DNA from: Candidatus Heimdallarchaeota archaeon
Lineage (GTDB): Archaea; Asgardarchaeota; Heimdallarchaeia; Heimdallarchaeales; Heimdallarchaeaceae
Direction: 5' to 3'
NCBI GenBank assembly: GCA_019057815.1
Contig: JAHLWR010000009.1
Location: forward strand, 64,001 to 128,000
DNA length: 64,000 nucleotides
Part shown: positions 8,755 through 19,220 of the stretch, in pieces
How the letters are laid out: every line of letters starts with the position of its first letter
How positions within the stretch are numbered: the stretch's first letter is position 1
The notes under the pieces: generated by a model
What the model was told of the DNA's origin: nothing
What the model saw: the letters and a program-made list of their open reading frames with translations, nothing else
The model's database searches: none
Position numbers and translations under genes: made by a program

Positions 8755-9846
8755 CTAAATAACTTTCATTCTCCAATTATTTTTATCTTCTTTTTTGCCT
8801 GTTTGAATTCCTATCAACTCTTCATATAGTCTCTTGGTGATAGGTCCTACTTCAAGACCGTTTATCGCATACTCCTTATTCTTAAAGAATAGTGCTCCTA
8901 CTGGAGTTATTGAGGCAGCAGTTCCTGTTCCAAAGGCCTCAGTGCAATGTCCTTTCTCAATTTGGTCGATTAAGATTTTAATTTCAATTGATTCCTCATT
9001 CACAGTATAACCTAGATTTTTTGCAAGATGTATTACTGATTTACGAGTGATTCCTTGAAGAATTGTGCCATCAAGAGGTGGTGTAAAAATCTCATTGTTA
9101 ATCACAAACATAATGTTCATTGCTCCCACCTCCTCGACATAACGTCTCTCTTTGGCATCCAACCACAACACTTGACTGTAACCAGCTTCTTTAGCTATTT
9201 GAGTTTCATAAAGAGTCGAAGCATAATTACCACCGGTTTTTGCTTCTCCTGTTCCTCCAATAGATGTTCTAACATGTTTATCTGCGACATAAATCTTTGT
9301 GGGACTGAATCCTGTTGAGAAGTACGGTCCTACGGGAGACAAGATGATGTAAAAGTAATACTCTCTACTTGCATGTACTCCTAATGCTGTTTCTGTAGCT
9401 ATCATAGTAGGTCTAATGTATAAAGTCGTTCCGGGGGTTTTTGGAACCCACTCTCTATCAATTTTAATTAGTTCTACTATGGCTTTAACAAATAAATCCT
9501 TGTTAACAGCAGGCATACACATTCTTTCAGCTGATACATTGAATCTTTCAGCATTTTCATGTGGTCGAAAGATATACACAGAACCAGATTTTTGATTAAT
9601 ATACGCTTTCATTCCTTCAAAGATTTCTTGACCATAATGAAGTACCATAGCAGCTGGGTCTAAGCTGAAATTTTGGTAAGGCATAATTTTTGGCGTACAC
9701 CATTTTCCATCTTTATACTTCATCAAGAACATATGATCAGTGAAAATTTTTCCGAATGTTAGCTCTTCATCAGGTACTTTTTCCCTTTTTTGTTCTTCTG
9801 AACATAATTGTATGTGTATTTCTTGCATATAATTCATTGAACGCAT
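8755..9846 (-). CDS. ilvE: Branched-chain amino acid aminotransferase
   Basis: LHYGQEIFEGMKAY, YIRP, AKTGGNY, EEVGAMN, ILQGITR, GTGTAA. Confidence 0.95.
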   Translation of the reverse strand: MRSMNYMQEIHIQLCSEEQKREKVPDEELTFGKIFTDHMFLMKYKDGKWCTPKIMPYQNFSLDPAAMVLHYGQEIFEGMKAYINQKSGSVYIFRPHENAERFNVSAERMCMPAVNKDLFVKAIVELIKIDREWVPKTPGTTLYIRPTMIATETALGVHASREYYFYIILSPVGPYFSTGFSPTKIYVADKHVRTSIGGTGEAKTGGNYASTLYETQIAKEAGYSQVLWLDAKERRYVEEVGAMNIMFVINNEIFTPPLDGTILQGITRKSVIHLAKNLGYTVNEESIEIKILIDQIEKGHCTEAFGTGTAASITPVGALFFKNKEYAINGLEVGPITKRLYEELIGIQTGKKEDKNNWRMKVI

Positions 9847-9909
9847 AAGAACTTGTGTTTAAAAGTTTTTGCAAAATTTTACTCGAAAATTCAATATTTT
9901 ACTTTATCT

Positions 9910-10920
9910 TTATTTAGTATAATCTAGTAGTTCTTTGAAATGCGCTCTCAACTTGCTTCTAGAAGGCAATAATCTCAAAGTTCTTGCGATAAAATAACTA
10001 CCACCCCGTAAATAAACAGTAAATGGTTTTAATCTAGGAGCCCAATAGTGTGCCAATTGAAAGAAAATAGCTGCTTTCATCGATTCCTTAAAGTCATTCT
10101 TCTTTATTTTTATTTTATTTTTTGATAGTTCTCTTAAGTAAATATCTATTATTTCATTTAAGGTGATTGGAATTTCTCTTAAGCCAACTTTCATTCCATC
10201 AATCTTAAAAGGGAGAAGATCGTAAAAATGTAATATTTCTAAAGCAGATGGACCAAAAAAGCAATCCTGCCAGTCTATAATATGGAGATCATTTTTGGTT
10301 AACATAAAATTGTAGATCCAAGAATCACCATGGAGCAGAGTTATACCACTTCTTTGCAGAGAATCTAAATACTTGGGCTTTGATATTTCTTTTTTTACTC
10401 GTACAATCTCCTCCATTGTGATTGGTATTACCTCTTCATAGTTTTTGGCTACTAATTTAGCTTTTTTCAAATTATCATATAATTCCTTCTTTTTATGACT
10501 CCATTCGTTTATAGTCAATTTAGGGAAATCTTTGAATCTTTCTTGTTCAATTTTATTATAGAATTTGGAATGAAAACATGCAATCGCTTTCAAGGCATTT
10601 ATTATATCCTCTTTTTTCCATTTCTTTGGATGTAAGCCTTTAGCTACTTTCTCAATTAAAACCCAGAGGACATCACTAGTTTTTGATATGGCTAGAGTTT
10701 TTGGGGCAGGGACTTCATAATTAGGAGTTATTTCTTTATAAAATAGCCACTCATTCAAAGTTGTTTGATTCTTAAATATTGCATTTGTTTTTTCTTTGCG
10801 TATCCTTAATTGATAAGTTTGAGCACTTGATGATCCTTGTAATTTTTTTGTTATTTTAATTTCATCTTTACTGCAATCGAATTGTTTTGAAATTTCACTT
10901 AAAATTGCATCTGATAGCAA
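9910..10920 (-). CDS. Aminoglycoside phosphotransferase/choline kinase family protein
   Basis: LLHGDSWIYN and IIDWQ motifs. Confidence 0.85.
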   Translation of the reverse strand: MLSDAILSEISKQFDCSKDEIKITKKLQGSSSAQTYQLRIRKEKTNAIFKNQTTLNEWLFYKEITPNYEVPAPKTLAISKTSDVLWVLIEKVAKGLHPKKWKKEDIINALKAIACFHSKFYNKIEQERFKDFPKLTINEWSHKKKELYDNLKKAKLVAKNYEEVIPITMEEIVRVKKEISKPKYLDSLQRSGITLLHGDSWIYNFMLTKNDLHIIDWQDCFFGPSALEILHFYDLLPFKIDGMKVGLREIPITLNEIIDIYLRELSKNKIKIKKNDFKESMKAAIFFQLAHYWAPRLKPFTVYLRGGSYFIARTLRLLPSRSKLRAHFKELLDYTK

Positions 10921-10973
10921 TAAATCACCAAGTCAAGAAAATTACTTTTATCTATATTTAATTGTTTCGACAA

Positions 10974-10994
10974 AAGGTCAACAGATAGTTCTAT
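10974..10994. repeat. 21-bp exact repeat, copy 1 (AAC-N5-GTT core)
   Basis: aaggtcaacagatagttctat identical to 27655-27675. Confidence 0.9.
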
Positions 10995-11181
10995 AGTACT
11001 TATATTAAAATTCACCAATCAAAATCACGAGGGATCACATTAAAGGAAGAAGATGAAAGGAAGAATCTATAAAGGATTCAGAATCATTTGAAATAATAAC
11101 AAGTGATTACCATTTTTATTTAATCTTCGTTGACTTAAGATTTTTTTCTGGGAATTTGTTGTATCTCCTTACTAGCTACAT

Positions 11182-11218
11182 TAGTAGAAGTTCCATTCTT
11201 TTGAGTAGAATAGTTCAT
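11182..11218 (+). repeat. Dispersed IS200/IS605 right-end-like repeat, copy A
   Basis: tagtagaagttccattcttttgagtagaatagttcat; similar to 41981-42017. Confidence 0.6.
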
Positions 11219-11685
11219 TCGTCATCATCAAATTTTACAGAGTATTTCCAAATCTTGTCTAATATTTTCTCCTCATCAGTTGACATAGAACCTATCAAAT
11301 CAATAAGGCTATTTAGGGTTGCTTCATGTTTTTGAACATCCCCAAGAACAGTAACTAGTATTTTCTTAGTTGTATCATCAGTCATTTTGTCAATAACAGA
11401 TTTTAATTGATTCTTAACATTCCATTCCAATTCTATAACCTTTTGTATTTTACTAGTAGCATTTTCTTTATCATCAACAGGTATAGCCTGATTTTGACCT
11501 TGAGCTCTATCTAATAGTCCTTTAAAAATCTCAGCATGTTTTTTAGCGTCTAAACCAATTCCATGAAATAATGACTCAAGAAGAGAATTACCAACACAAC
11601 AATCAACTGATACTAATATTTGACCTATTTTCTCTTTAATTTCAAGCATTTGACGAAGTTGCATTATAAAGGCATCTTTTTCCAT
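11215..11685 (-). CDS. Ferritin-like four-helix protein
   Basis: Duplicated E...DxxKH pattern (LEIKE..DAKKH; IELE..DVQKH). Confidence 0.65.
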   Translation of the reverse strand: MEKDAFIMQLRQMLEIKEKIGQILVSVDCCVGNSLLESLFHGIGLDAKKHAEIFKGLLDRAQGQNQAIPVDDKENATSKIQKVIELEWNVKNQLKSVIDKMTDDTTKKILVTVLGDVQKHEATLNSLIDLIGSMSTDEEKILDKIWKYSVKFDDDE

Positions 11686-11871
11686 AGCGATAAGAAATTT
11701 TTTGATATTATAAAAGTTACTAATGCAAGAAAAGTGAAAAACAACTTAATATTAAACCTTAACTATCACCGAATTTCATCCCTTTATTAAGAATTGTTAA
11801 TGTTTCAAAGATACAAATATAAATAAGCAAAAAATCGTCTAGATATCTATATTGAAAAGCAGTGTGAAAAA

Positions 11872-12789
11872 ATGAGTAAGCATATAATTTCAGTTTCTTT
11901 AGGTTCGTCAAAACGAGATTTTAAGAAAGATTATGTTTTAGGTGGGGAGACCATCATAGCGGAGAGAATCGGAACAGACGGGAGTATGAAAAAATATCGT
12001 GAATTGATACTTAAATTAGATGGTACAGTTGATTGTTTTGGTATTGGTGGTTTTGATTTATATTTGAGAAAAGGTGAAAGACGATACAAAATTCGAGATG
12101 TTTGGAAAATCGTAAAAAATGTAAAAGAAACACCTATGGTCGATGGAGGGGGAATCAAAAGCACTATTGAAGGCAATATTATGCAATGTATAGAGGAAAA
12201 ACTTCCTGAAGAAGTCGAGGAAAGTCGAAGTACTCTTAACATGTGTGCAGTAGACCGCTGGGGATTGGCTGAATCTTCTTGGGAATTTGTTGAGCACAAC
12301 AGAAAACTAATAACTTTTGGTGATCTACTTTGGGGATTACAATTAGGAATTGCTCTTCATCGTATGAGTACAATAAAATTAGTTGCTAAAATATTGCTTC
12401 CTGTCGTTTCTCGAATGCCATTTTCAATGCTTTATCCTACTGGTGATAAACAAGAAGAACATAAACCAACTAAAGTTAAATATTTTAAGAGAGCTAAATT
12501 TATTGCAGGGGATTTTCATTTTATTAAGAGAAATATGCCTTTAGATGGGATGGAAGGAAAAATTTTGGTCACAAATACAACAACACCTGAAGATATTGAA
12601 CTTCTAAAAAATATAGGTGTTAAGTATGTTGTGACTTCTACACCAAGAATCGAGGGAAGATCCTTTGGTACTAATGTTTTGGAAGCTTGTATTGTTGCTA
12701 TAAGTGGTGAAAATAGAGAACTTACCACTGAAGAATATGTTGAATTCCTTGATAAATTGTCAATAGAACCACTTATCCAAAAACTGTAA
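11872..12789 (+). CDS. Conserved uncharacterised protein (family often auto-annotated 'quinate 5-dehydrogenase')
   Basis: ISVSLGSSKRD, ERIGTDG, VDGGGIK, LYPTG, IAGDFH, TNTTT, GRSFGTNVLEA; family recognised from memory, function not established. Confidence 0.7.
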   Translation: MSKHIISVSLGSSKRDFKKDYVLGGETIIAERIGTDGSMKKYRELILKLDGTVDCFGIGGFDLYLRKGERRYKIRDVWKIVKNVKETPMVDGGGIKSTIEGNIMQCIEEKLPEEVEESRSTLNMCAVDRWGLAESSWEFVEHNRKLITFGDLLWGLQLGIALHRMSTIKLVAKILLPVVSRMPFSMLYPTGDKQEEHKPTKVKYFKRAKFIAGDFHFIKRNMPLDGMEGKILVTNTTTPEDIELLKNIGVKYVVTSTPRIEGRSFGTNVLEACIVAISGENRELTTEEYVEFLDKLSIEPLIQKL

Positions 12790-12791
12790 GG

Positions 12792-13613
12792 ATGTCTTTA
12801 ATGGAGAAGTACAATGCAATTATCTTTGCTGGACGTACGGAGAGAGACAATGTTTTATGCGAGATGGAAAATGTTTCTAATAAAGGCTTCATTAAACTAG
12901 GAGACAAAATTTTTCTTGAAAGGATAGTTGAGGAATTTGTAAAATGTGAGGAAATAGGTGATATCTATATCAGTGGAATAGCAGAGGAAGATTGGGAAAC
13001 TAATCTGCCTGTTACTTTTAGTGATGATCAAAGCTCCTTATTTAAAGAAGTACAAAATGTTAATAAAAAATATATCACAAAAAAAGAAAATTTCTCTGAA
13101 ATAGTTGTTCTACACTCTTGTGATGGCCCCCTAGTTACTGCAGAAATAATTTCAAGACTTATAAAGAGATGCAAAGAAGCTTCAGGAGGAGAGCTTGATG
13201 GCTTCTTTTATTATTCTTTTATTAAGAATGAAGTTATGGAAAGAAAATTCCCTAATTCAAAAAGAACATATGCTAAATTTAAGGAATTTGAAGTTTGTGG
13301 GGGCGATGTAATAATAATTAATACAAGGAAAATGAGGGATTATCAGAATATTATTGATAACCTTAATGAAAAAAGAAAAAGCGTTCTTGCACAAATAATT
13401 ATTTTAAATCCATTTTTAATCATTCAATATCTACTAAAACGTCTTTCTATTTATAAATTTATGAAATCTGTTAATAGAAGAATTTTCAAAGTTGAAAAAG
13501 GAGTTTACGCTGTTCTGAGCGATGATGCTGAAATAGCAATGGACGTGGATAAACCACATCAATTAGAAGAAGTAAGAAGGTATTATAATGAGAATAAGGA
13601 TATATATGATTGA
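12792..13613 (+). CDS. MobA-like nucleotidyltransferase (NTP_transf_3)
   Basis: AIIFAG, NKG, CDGP, SKRTY, CGGD, MDVDKP. Confidence 0.85.
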   Translation: MSLMEKYNAIIFAGRTERDNVLCEMENVSNKGFIKLGDKIFLERIVEEFVKCEEIGDIYISGIAEEDWETNLPVTFSDDQSSLFKEVQNVNKKYITKKENFSEIVVLHSCDGPLVTAEIISRLIKRCKEASGGELDGFFYYSFIKNEVMERKFPNSKRTYAKFKEFEVCGGDVIIINTRKMRDYQNIIDNLNEKRKSVLAQIIILNPFLIIQYLLKRLSIYKFMKSVNRRIFKVEKGVYAVLSDDAEIAMDVDKPHQLEEVRRYYNENKDIYD

Positions 13614-13662
13614 AGATCTCTTTTGAGTTCCTCCAAGATTCCCTTCATTCATTAGATGAAGA

Positions 13663-13700
13663 CAGCAGAAGTCCTCTTCTTTTAAGCAAGGGTAATACAT
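13663..13700 (+). repeat. Dispersed IS200/IS605 right-end-like repeat, copy D
   Basis: cagcagaagtcctcttcttttaagcaagggtaatacat; shares agcagaagtcc with copy C. Confidence 0.55.
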
Positions 13701-13763
13701 TAAACTACTAAAAACAATAATCATTTTCAAACAATCTTATATAGAACCTAATACTCAAAATTT

Positions 13764-14585
13764 ATGACGACTAAAATGATAAAATTAGATACAGTAGTTT
13801 TGTGTGGAAGAGCAAAAATAGATGATGAGCTCTTACTCTATATTAGAGAAAAAACAGGACAAAAAGAAGTTGACAATAAAGCATTGTTCGAAATAGCTGG
13901 CAAAAAAATTCTCCACTATATCGTTGATGTACTGAATGAAGCAGAAAATATAGGTAACATATTCATAGCAGGACTTTCTAAAGAGGATATCGAATTCAAC
14001 TACCCAGTGACTTATCTAGAATTATCTAAAGAAAGCTCTGTTATAGACAAAATATTCACATGGGTACAAGAGAACCTTCTAAAAAGAGACAAACCTGAAA
14101 CTCCAGTATTGGTTGTAAATGGAGATATCCCTACAATTTCAAAGGAAGGTATTAATTGGATAGCAAAAAAAGTTTCTGAAAGTACTGCTACCTTTCAATA
14201 TACTGTTGTTGGACAAGAAGATATGGATAGGGTTTTTCCTGATTCTAGAAGATCATTTATTAAATTTAAAGATGGAGCTATATGCGGGGGAGATGTTGTA
14301 GGAATTGCACCAGTAGAAATAATAAAACATGCAGATACTATGCGAGAACTAGTTGGAAAGAGAAAATCATTCATTCGACAAGTGATTTTCGTTGCTCCCT
14401 TCAAAGTTTTGAAAATAATGTTAAGAAGAGCAACATTAGATGAAGCAGTTCATATAGCTGAAAAAGCTCTCAAAATGAGTGTCAACCTATTGAAAGTTCC
14501 TTATCCTGAAATAGCAATGGACATTGACAAACCGCACCAGTTTGATATTGTTGAAAAACATCTGTCTCAAAAAAGAAGAACTTAA
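13764..14585 (+). CDS. MobA-like nucleotidyltransferase, paralog of upstream gene
   Basis: VVLCG, NKAL, GDIP, SRRS, CGGD, MDIDKP; same length (273 aa). Confidence 0.85.
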   Translation: MTTKMIKLDTVVLCGRAKIDDELLLYIREKTGQKEVDNKALFEIAGKKILHYIVDVLNEAENIGNIFIAGLSKEDIEFNYPVTYLELSKESSVIDKIFTWVQENLLKRDKPETPVLVVNGDIPTISKEGINWIAKKVSESTATFQYTVVGQEDMDRVFPDSRRSFIKFKDGAICGGDVVGIAPVEIIKHADTMRELVGKRKSFIRQVIFVAPFKVLKIMLRRATLDEAVHIAEKALKMSVNLLKVPYPEIAMDIDKPHQFDIVEKHLSQKRRT

Positions 14586-14597
14586 AAACAGTTTCAG

Positions 14598-15176
14598 GTG
14601 AAGAATTTAATGCCAGAATTAATCAATAAGATAGCTAATTGGGACGAGAAAGTTTCAAAAAAGATAGTCCTATTTTCGGAGAAAAAACTGAAATTTGCTA
14701 GCTTTATTGCTTTATCAGGCAATGTACAACCTTGGTTAATAGTGTCTATTTTATTCCTTATTTTCAATCTATTTATTGATAGATCCTTCAATTTAGTTCA
14801 AATAGCATTCACTTTCTGTACTGGAATATTAACTTCTATTTGTAAATATTCAGTAAAGAGGGATAGACCAAGTGTAACCATCGCTAAAAAATATGTAGGA
14901 AAAGGTGATTTCTTCAGTTTTCCAAGTGGACATGCGGGAAGAATGGGATGTTTAGCTCTTCTATTTGCAGTGAAGTACCCATTTATTGGTTGGGTTTTTG
15001 TACTATGGGCTATAGGAGTAGCATTTTCGAGGGTTGCTCTACAATTACATTATTTCCTAGATGTACTTATTGGACTTTTAATAGGATGTTTTTCTGCAAT
15101 TATAGCTTTTATCTTTTATAGTCAGATTGTGAATCTTCTTTCACCAATAATTGAATGGATGAACAGTTTAATTTAG
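14598..15176 (+). CDS. PAP2-family membrane phosphatase
   Basis: KxxxxRxRP, SFPSGH, SRxxxxxHxxxDV. Confidence 0.9.
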   Translation: MKNLMPELINKIANWDEKVSKKIVLFSEKKLKFASFIALSGNVQPWLIVSILFLIFNLFIDRSFNLVQIAFTFCTGILTSICKYSVKRDRPSVTIAKKYVGKGDFFSFPSGHAGRMGCLALLFAVKYPFIGWVFVLWAIGVAFSRVALQLHYFLDVLIGLLIGCFSAIIAFIFYSQIVNLLSPIIEWMNSLI

Positions 15177-15251
15177 ATATACAATCAACTAGCAAAAGTC
15201 AACTTTTACAAATCGCAGTACGATTCTGAGGTTATAAGTTAATGTTCTATT

Positions 15252-16262
15252 ATGTTTAGAATGTCTAAAAGAGCTGAACTTCTACCACTCAAAGGAAAAG
15301 GAGTTCTAGTTTGTTTCGTTAAATATATAATACATTTAGGCATAATTAAAAACGTGAGTATAAAAAAAGAATTTACCCCTGAAGATCTTGAAGAGCTTTT
15401 AATTTATGACCCATATGAATCGGAGAGACAGCTCGTTAAAATTAAAACAGATAAACACGAATATGAAATCAGTGTTGTAGACCTCAATAAAAAACCAAAA
15501 TACAATTGTACTCTAATATTGGTACACGGTTGGGGCTCAAATCTGCTTAATTATAGATTTTTGCTCAAAAATTTACAAGCATATTTTCGAATTATTACTT
15601 ATGATTTGAGAGGTCACGGTGAGTCAGATAAAAAAGAAAGTGATTATGGTTTACAATTGTATACTAATGAATTATCTTGTGTGATAGATCACTTCAAACC
15701 TAATAATATTGTATTAATGGGTCATTCAATGGGTACAAGCATTGTCATGAATTATCTCTATTTACATCCTGAGATTAAAGCAGCAATATTAACTTCAGGT
15801 TCATCGAATTTTAGAGAACCTTTCCCTCGTATTGTTCCCTTAGTTATGTCTAAGATTGATGAGAAACTCAAAGACCATTTAGTTGAAATCGCTGTTTCAA
15901 TGTTGATGACTAGAGGTTGTCCAAAGGAACTCTTAAACATAGTTAGGGAACAAAATAAAAGAACGCCTTTTCATGTTTATAGAAAAGCTTTGCTTAACAC
16001 TATTTTCACTTGGGAAAAAGATGAAGATTTGAATAAAATAAGAAATCCTATTCTAATTTTGGTAGGAAATAAGGATTTATTAACGCCTGTAAAAGATTCT
16101 AAAAAACTTAATGAAATACTTCCAAAGTCAAGGTTAGTAATTATTCCTGGTTGTGGGCACGGTATTTTAATGGAAAAAGGCAAAGCAGTATCGAATCTTG
16201 TTAAAGAGTTTATAGAATACCAGATTGAACTTGAAGGAATAGACTCGAATTCGAAGGTTTAA
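15252..16262 (+). CDS. Alpha/beta hydrolase (true start probably further downstream)
   Basis: HGWG, DLRGHGES, GHSMG, GNKD, GCGH. Confidence 0.9.
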   Translation: MFRMSKRAELLPLKGKGVLVCFVKYIIHLGIIKNVSIKKEFTPEDLEELLIYDPYESERQLVKIKTDKHEYEISVVDLNKKPKYNCTLILVHGWGSNLLNYRFLLKNLQAYFRIITYDLRGHGESDKKESDYGLQLYTNELSCVIDHFKPNNIVLMGHSMGTSIVMNYLYLHPEIKAAILTSGSSNFREPFPRIVPLVMSKIDEKLKDHLVEIAVSMLMTRGCPKELLNIVREQNKRTPFHVYRKALLNTIFTWEKDEDLNKIRNPILILVGNKDLLTPVKDSKKLNEILPKSRLVIIPGCGHGILMEKGKAVSNLVKEFIEYQIELEGIDSNSKV

Positions 16263-16341
16263 AGACATAAAACATGCGTTAAGAAGGAAAATGATAAAAT
16301 ATTCACATATATTTATATAGAAAAAAGATTGAACAAACAAT

Positions 16342-17787
16342 ATGGAGAGTTTTCCTTATGAACTTGTTGAAAAGACTATCGAGTATGGTCAAGACCTAGG
16401 ATTACCTTACATCGAAGCTAGACTTGTTGATTTGAGCATTAATTCAACCATTTTAAAAAACGGGGTTCCTGAACTTGGATCCCTTGATAGAAGTTTAGGA
16501 ATAGGAGTTAGGGTTTTACGCGAAGGTGGAATGGGTTTTTCAAGTTTCAATAATCTTACTCTCGATTCCATGAAAAAGGCTGTAGACTTTGCGGCTAAAA
16601 TGGCTGGGGAAATAGGATGGAGAAGGAAAACAAAGATAAGTTTCAGCGACGAGAATGTTAATGTTGCTAAATACAGCTCAAAAGGTGACCAAAATAAAAG
16701 ACCCTTAGACGTTGAACCTGAAGAAAAATTAGACTTGCTTTTAAACTTTGATAAAATTATTACAGAAGTAAAAACTGCATCTATTCCTTTCAGATTTTTC
16801 ATGTCTTTAGACGAAACGGAAAAAAAATTCATCTTAACTAGTGAAGGTACAAAAATAGAGAGTGAGATAGATAGAGTACATCTTTATGGTTTAATAACAG
16901 CTGTTAATTCAACTACAGGTAACATGGAACAAGTTTTCTTGCAAAAAGGGAAATCGGGTGGTTATGAGTCTTACGACTACTGGAAAATGGAAGACTATAT
17001 AGAAAATCAAGTAAAAATCTTAAGTAAAATTGTAACTGAAGCCAAACCTGCTCCTAAAGGAAAAATAGATTATGTTCTTGGACCTTCCATGATCGGAATT
17101 GTGTGTCATGAAAATCAAGGTCATCCTAGTGAAGCTGATAGAATATTAGGTCGAGAGGGTGCACAAGCTGGTGAAAGTTATTTAAAACATGAAATGCTAG
17201 GACAAAGACTAGGTTCAGAAGCTGTTACTATAATTGATGATCCAACCCTTGAAGGTTCCTTTGGTTTCTATCTTTATGATGATGAAGGAGTAAAATCAAA
17301 ACCTCGCTTCCTTCTGAAAAATGGACTCTTTAAGGATATGTTTCATAACAGAGAATCAGCTGCTTTTATGAATACATCAAGTACATCTGCAGCAAGAGCA
17401 ATAGGCTATAATAGAGAGCCTATTGCACGGATGGCTAATACTTATCTTGAACCTGGCGATTATTCGAAGGAAGAGCTTATAGAAGATATCAAACTTGGAG
17501 CACTTGTGATTAATTTTACTGAATGGAATATTGACGATCGAAGATATCATTCTAAATATGTTGGTTTGGAGGCTTATCTAATAGAAAATGGGGAAGTCAA
17601 AAACCTAGTTCGACGACCAGTTATCGAAGTAACTACGCCTAAGCTCTGGGGTTCAGTAGATGCTGTTGCTAAAGAGAGTTATTTAGAGTTTGATGGAGTA
17701 ATGTGTGGCAAAGGTGAGCCTACCCAAGGAGCTCCTGTTTATTGTGGAGGTACTTATATGAGAATGCGCGATGTGGAGGTAAGGTGA
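16342..17787 (+). CDS. tldD: TldD metalloprotease subunit
   Basis: HENQGHPSEADR, YDDEG, RMANTY, CGKGEP. Confidence 0.9.
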   Translation: MESFPYELVEKTIEYGQDLGLPYIEARLVDLSINSTILKNGVPELGSLDRSLGIGVRVLREGGMGFSSFNNLTLDSMKKAVDFAAKMAGEIGWRRKTKISFSDENVNVAKYSSKGDQNKRPLDVEPEEKLDLLLNFDKIITEVKTASIPFRFFMSLDETEKKFILTSEGTKIESEIDRVHLYGLITAVNSTTGNMEQVFLQKGKSGGYESYDYWKMEDYIENQVKILSKIVTEAKPAPKGKIDYVLGPSMIGIVCHENQGHPSEADRILGREGAQAGESYLKHEMLGQRLGSEAVTIIDDPTLEGSFGFYLYDDEGVKSKPRFLLKNGLFKDMFHNRESAAFMNTSSTSAARAIGYNREPIARMANTYLEPGDYSKEELIEDIKLGALVINFTEWNIDDRRYHSKYVGLEAYLIENGEVKNLVRRPVIEVTTPKLWGSVDAVAKESYLEFDGVMCGKGEPTQGAPVYCGGTYMRMRDVEVR

Positions 17788-17793
17788 GAACTG

Positions 17794-19146
17794 ATGGAAG
17801 GATTTTTAGAACCGTTTCCGATTATAGAAAATGTTATTCAAAAGCTAGTTTCCTTAAAATTTGATGATTATATAGTTTCTTTTGTAAAAGACGACAGTTC
17901 ACAACTACGTTTCGCAGATAATCAGTTCACTATTGCAAAGAATTGGACTTCGGCTACTCTCAAAATTTTCGGTGTAAAACAACAGAAAACAGTAAGTACA
18001 GAAATCAATAATTTAACAACTGATGTTATTGATAATACTTTAGAAAACTTAGGAAAATTAGCAATTGCACTGCCTATAAATGATAACTATTTGGGAATTT
18101 CTGAAGGACCTTTCAGCTACCCAACTATTGAACAACTTATTGATCCTAAATATGATGATTTTCATAGCAAAGCCGTGGACAATGTAGAATTAGCAATTAA
18201 TACAGCGCTTGAAGAAGGAGCAAAAAGATCCGCAGGAGTGTTGTATTGGAGGAAGATAGAAGAAATTTTCCTATCCTCAAAAGGAGCAACAACCCAACAT
18301 AGCAAGACTAGCTATGAGTTTACTATTAGATCTTTCTTAGATAGCCAAACATCAGGACAAGGAGTCTCAGTAGGTTGTATTTCTGACTCTATCAATTTTG
18401 AAAAAGCTGGAAGACAAGCAGGGGAAATAGCTAAATTATCTGAAGGTGGAGGAGAAGGAAAACCAGGTAAATATAATGTGATTTTAAGTCCAACTGTTGC
18501 AGCGGATATAATAGCAGCTACTCCCAGATCAGCAAACCCATTTAGCGTAGAAATAGGTTTTTCATGGTTGAAAGACAAAATAGGAGAAAAAATTGGTCCT
18601 GAAAATTTAACTGTTTATGATGACGCTCTATTACCTAATGGACTAGGTTCAAAACCTTTTGATGATGAAGGACATCCAACTGGTAGGAATGTTTTAATCG
18701 AGGAAGGAATACTCAAAGGATTCATCCACAATACCTCAACAGCTAAAAAAGCTAATACTATGAGCACAGGAAATGCAGGTTTAGTAAGTCCTGAAAATTC
18801 AAACATCTTCTTTGAACCAGGAAATCATACTTTAGACGAACTTATGGAACTATCAAAAGGTAAACCTACTCTTTATATTACAAGTAATTGGTATACTAGG
18901 TTTACAAGTTATATAGACGGAATATTCTCTACTATACCTCGAGATGGGATATTCTTGATTGAAAACGGAGAAATAGCTAAACCTGTCAGGGAACTACGAA
19001 TAAGTGATTCCATGCTAAATATTTTTAAGAATATCAAAATGTTAGGAAAAGATTTAACCCAAATTAAATGGTGGGAAGTCTATGTACCTACTTTCATCCC
19101 TAGCATACTTATAGAAGATGTTAACATAACTTCAGCAACCAACTGA
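17794..19146 (+). CDS. tldE: TldE/PmbA subunit
   Basis: PFDDEG, STGNAG, no HExxxH; adjacent to tldD. Confidence 0.85.
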   Translation: MEGFLEPFPIIENVIQKLVSLKFDDYIVSFVKDDSSQLRFADNQFTIAKNWTSATLKIFGVKQQKTVSTEINNLTTDVIDNTLENLGKLAIALPINDNYLGISEGPFSYPTIEQLIDPKYDDFHSKAVDNVELAINTALEEGAKRSAGVLYWRKIEEIFLSSKGATTQHSKTSYEFTIRSFLDSQTSGQGVSVGCISDSINFEKAGRQAGEIAKLSEGGGEGKPGKYNVILSPTVAADIIAATPRSANPFSVEIGFSWLKDKIGEKIGPENLTVYDDALLPNGLGSKPFDDEGHPTGRNVLIEEGILKGFIHNTSTAKKANTMSTGNAGLVSPENSNIFFEPGNHTLDELMELSKGKPTLYITSNWYTRFTSYIDGIFSTIPRDGIFLIENGEIAKPVRELRISDSMLNIFKNIKMLGKDLTQIKWWEVYVPTFIPSILIEDVNITSATN

Positions 19147-19220
19147 CAATAGTCTCTGAATATCCTTACCTTACTAGCAATGTTTTTAATTGGAATTCTA
19201 TTAGAGATATCAGTGATTTT

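Noticed and set aside
10995-11070. Short purine-rich frame (..KSRGITLKEEDERKNL*) as a gene remnant
   Set aside because: Too short, no start codon and no recognisable homology
15185-15210. Possible extra copies of the right-end-like repeat (also ~46535-46560)
   Set aside because: Only ~10 bp of similarity and no GTTCA terminus; chance level in AT-rich DNA
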